Origin: Bacilli bacterium
GTDB lineage: Bacteria; Bacillota_I; Bacilli_A; ML615J-28; CAG-698
Assembly: GCA_050953065.1 (NCBI GenBank)
Contig: JBMNLZ010000002.1
Location: 32,001-96,000, forward strand
Direction: 5' to 3'
Length of the DNA: 64,000 nucleotides
In this document: positions 63,656 through 64,000 of the stretch, one piece after another
How positions within the stretch are numbered: the first letter of the stretch is position 1
Layout: every line of letters starts with the position of its first letter
Made by a program: the position numbers and the translations under genes
The notes under the pieces: model-generated
The model's input: the letters and a program-made list of their open reading frames with translations, nothing else
Database searches by the model: none
Told to the model about the DNA's origin: nothing

Positions 63656-64000
63656 CCAAAACGGTTAAAAAAACAGTTTTGAAGAGTCAAAAAGTGAGTT
63701 TTTGGGTGTTTTTTTAAGAAAAAAATTTATGGGCTATTTTGATTTTTTGCCCCATATCCAAATAAAATTATTGTTTTAAACAAAAAAGCGATTCTAGGGC
63801 AAAATTTTGGCGGTTCTCGGCGTTTTGATTTTACGTTATTAACCCGTTTTGCCACTTACTGCTCTCGGGGGTGTTTTTTCTCACTTTTTGGTGGTGGTTC
63901 GCCAACGTGCCAAAGTTTGAAAAAGTCCTAAAACAAGCGTTTTTAAGGATCGAAGAGGTTTTTTTAAATCAAAAGCAGTTTTGTGAGATTAGCTTTTGGG

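Noticed and set aside
1-64000. Genetic code 4 (TGA=Trp), DGR/retron, prophage or IS elements
   Set aside because: TGA ends proB, gltA and parA at expected lengths; no reverse transcriptase, integrase, transposase or phage genes were recognised.

Overview
AT-rich chromosomal segment of a reduced low-GC Bacilli-type genome that looks Acholeplasmatales/Izemoplasmatales-like. This placement is inferred from: TGA used as a stop (proB, gltA, parA), an N-domain-less ClpB under CIRCE control, tandem nrnA, and ParA without ParB. Nearly all genes are on the minus strand, reading away from a non-coding block at the right end. Housekeeping genes: yaaA-recF-gyrB-gyrA-serS (T-box), pepA, hit, nrnA x2-surE-rpoE, clpB, folD-pth-mfd, acn-gltA-icd, fba, proBAC-mnmG-rsmG-parA-mscS, pucR-like-msmX and pgk-tpiA. 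Accessory genes: many large surface lipoproteins (Big_2, InlB-B-repeat and BspA-LRR), a PadR-DUF1700-DUF4097 operon, a membrane GGDEF protein and a Zn-ribbon/GNAT/thioredoxin-like operon. Most notable: (1) where dnaN/dnaA normally sit upstream of yaaA there is a 24-bp quasi-palindromic repeat array around a strong promoter, at an apparent GC-skew flip; it may be an unusual origin or centromere, and an orphan divergent ParA lies elsewhere in the window. (2) Tandem Ig-stalk lipoproteins, one tipped with a peptidoglycan amidase, share a conserved palindrome between the Shine-Dalgarno and start codon. No tRNA, rRNA, CRISPR array or transposase was recognised. All calls are by eye; no database search was run.
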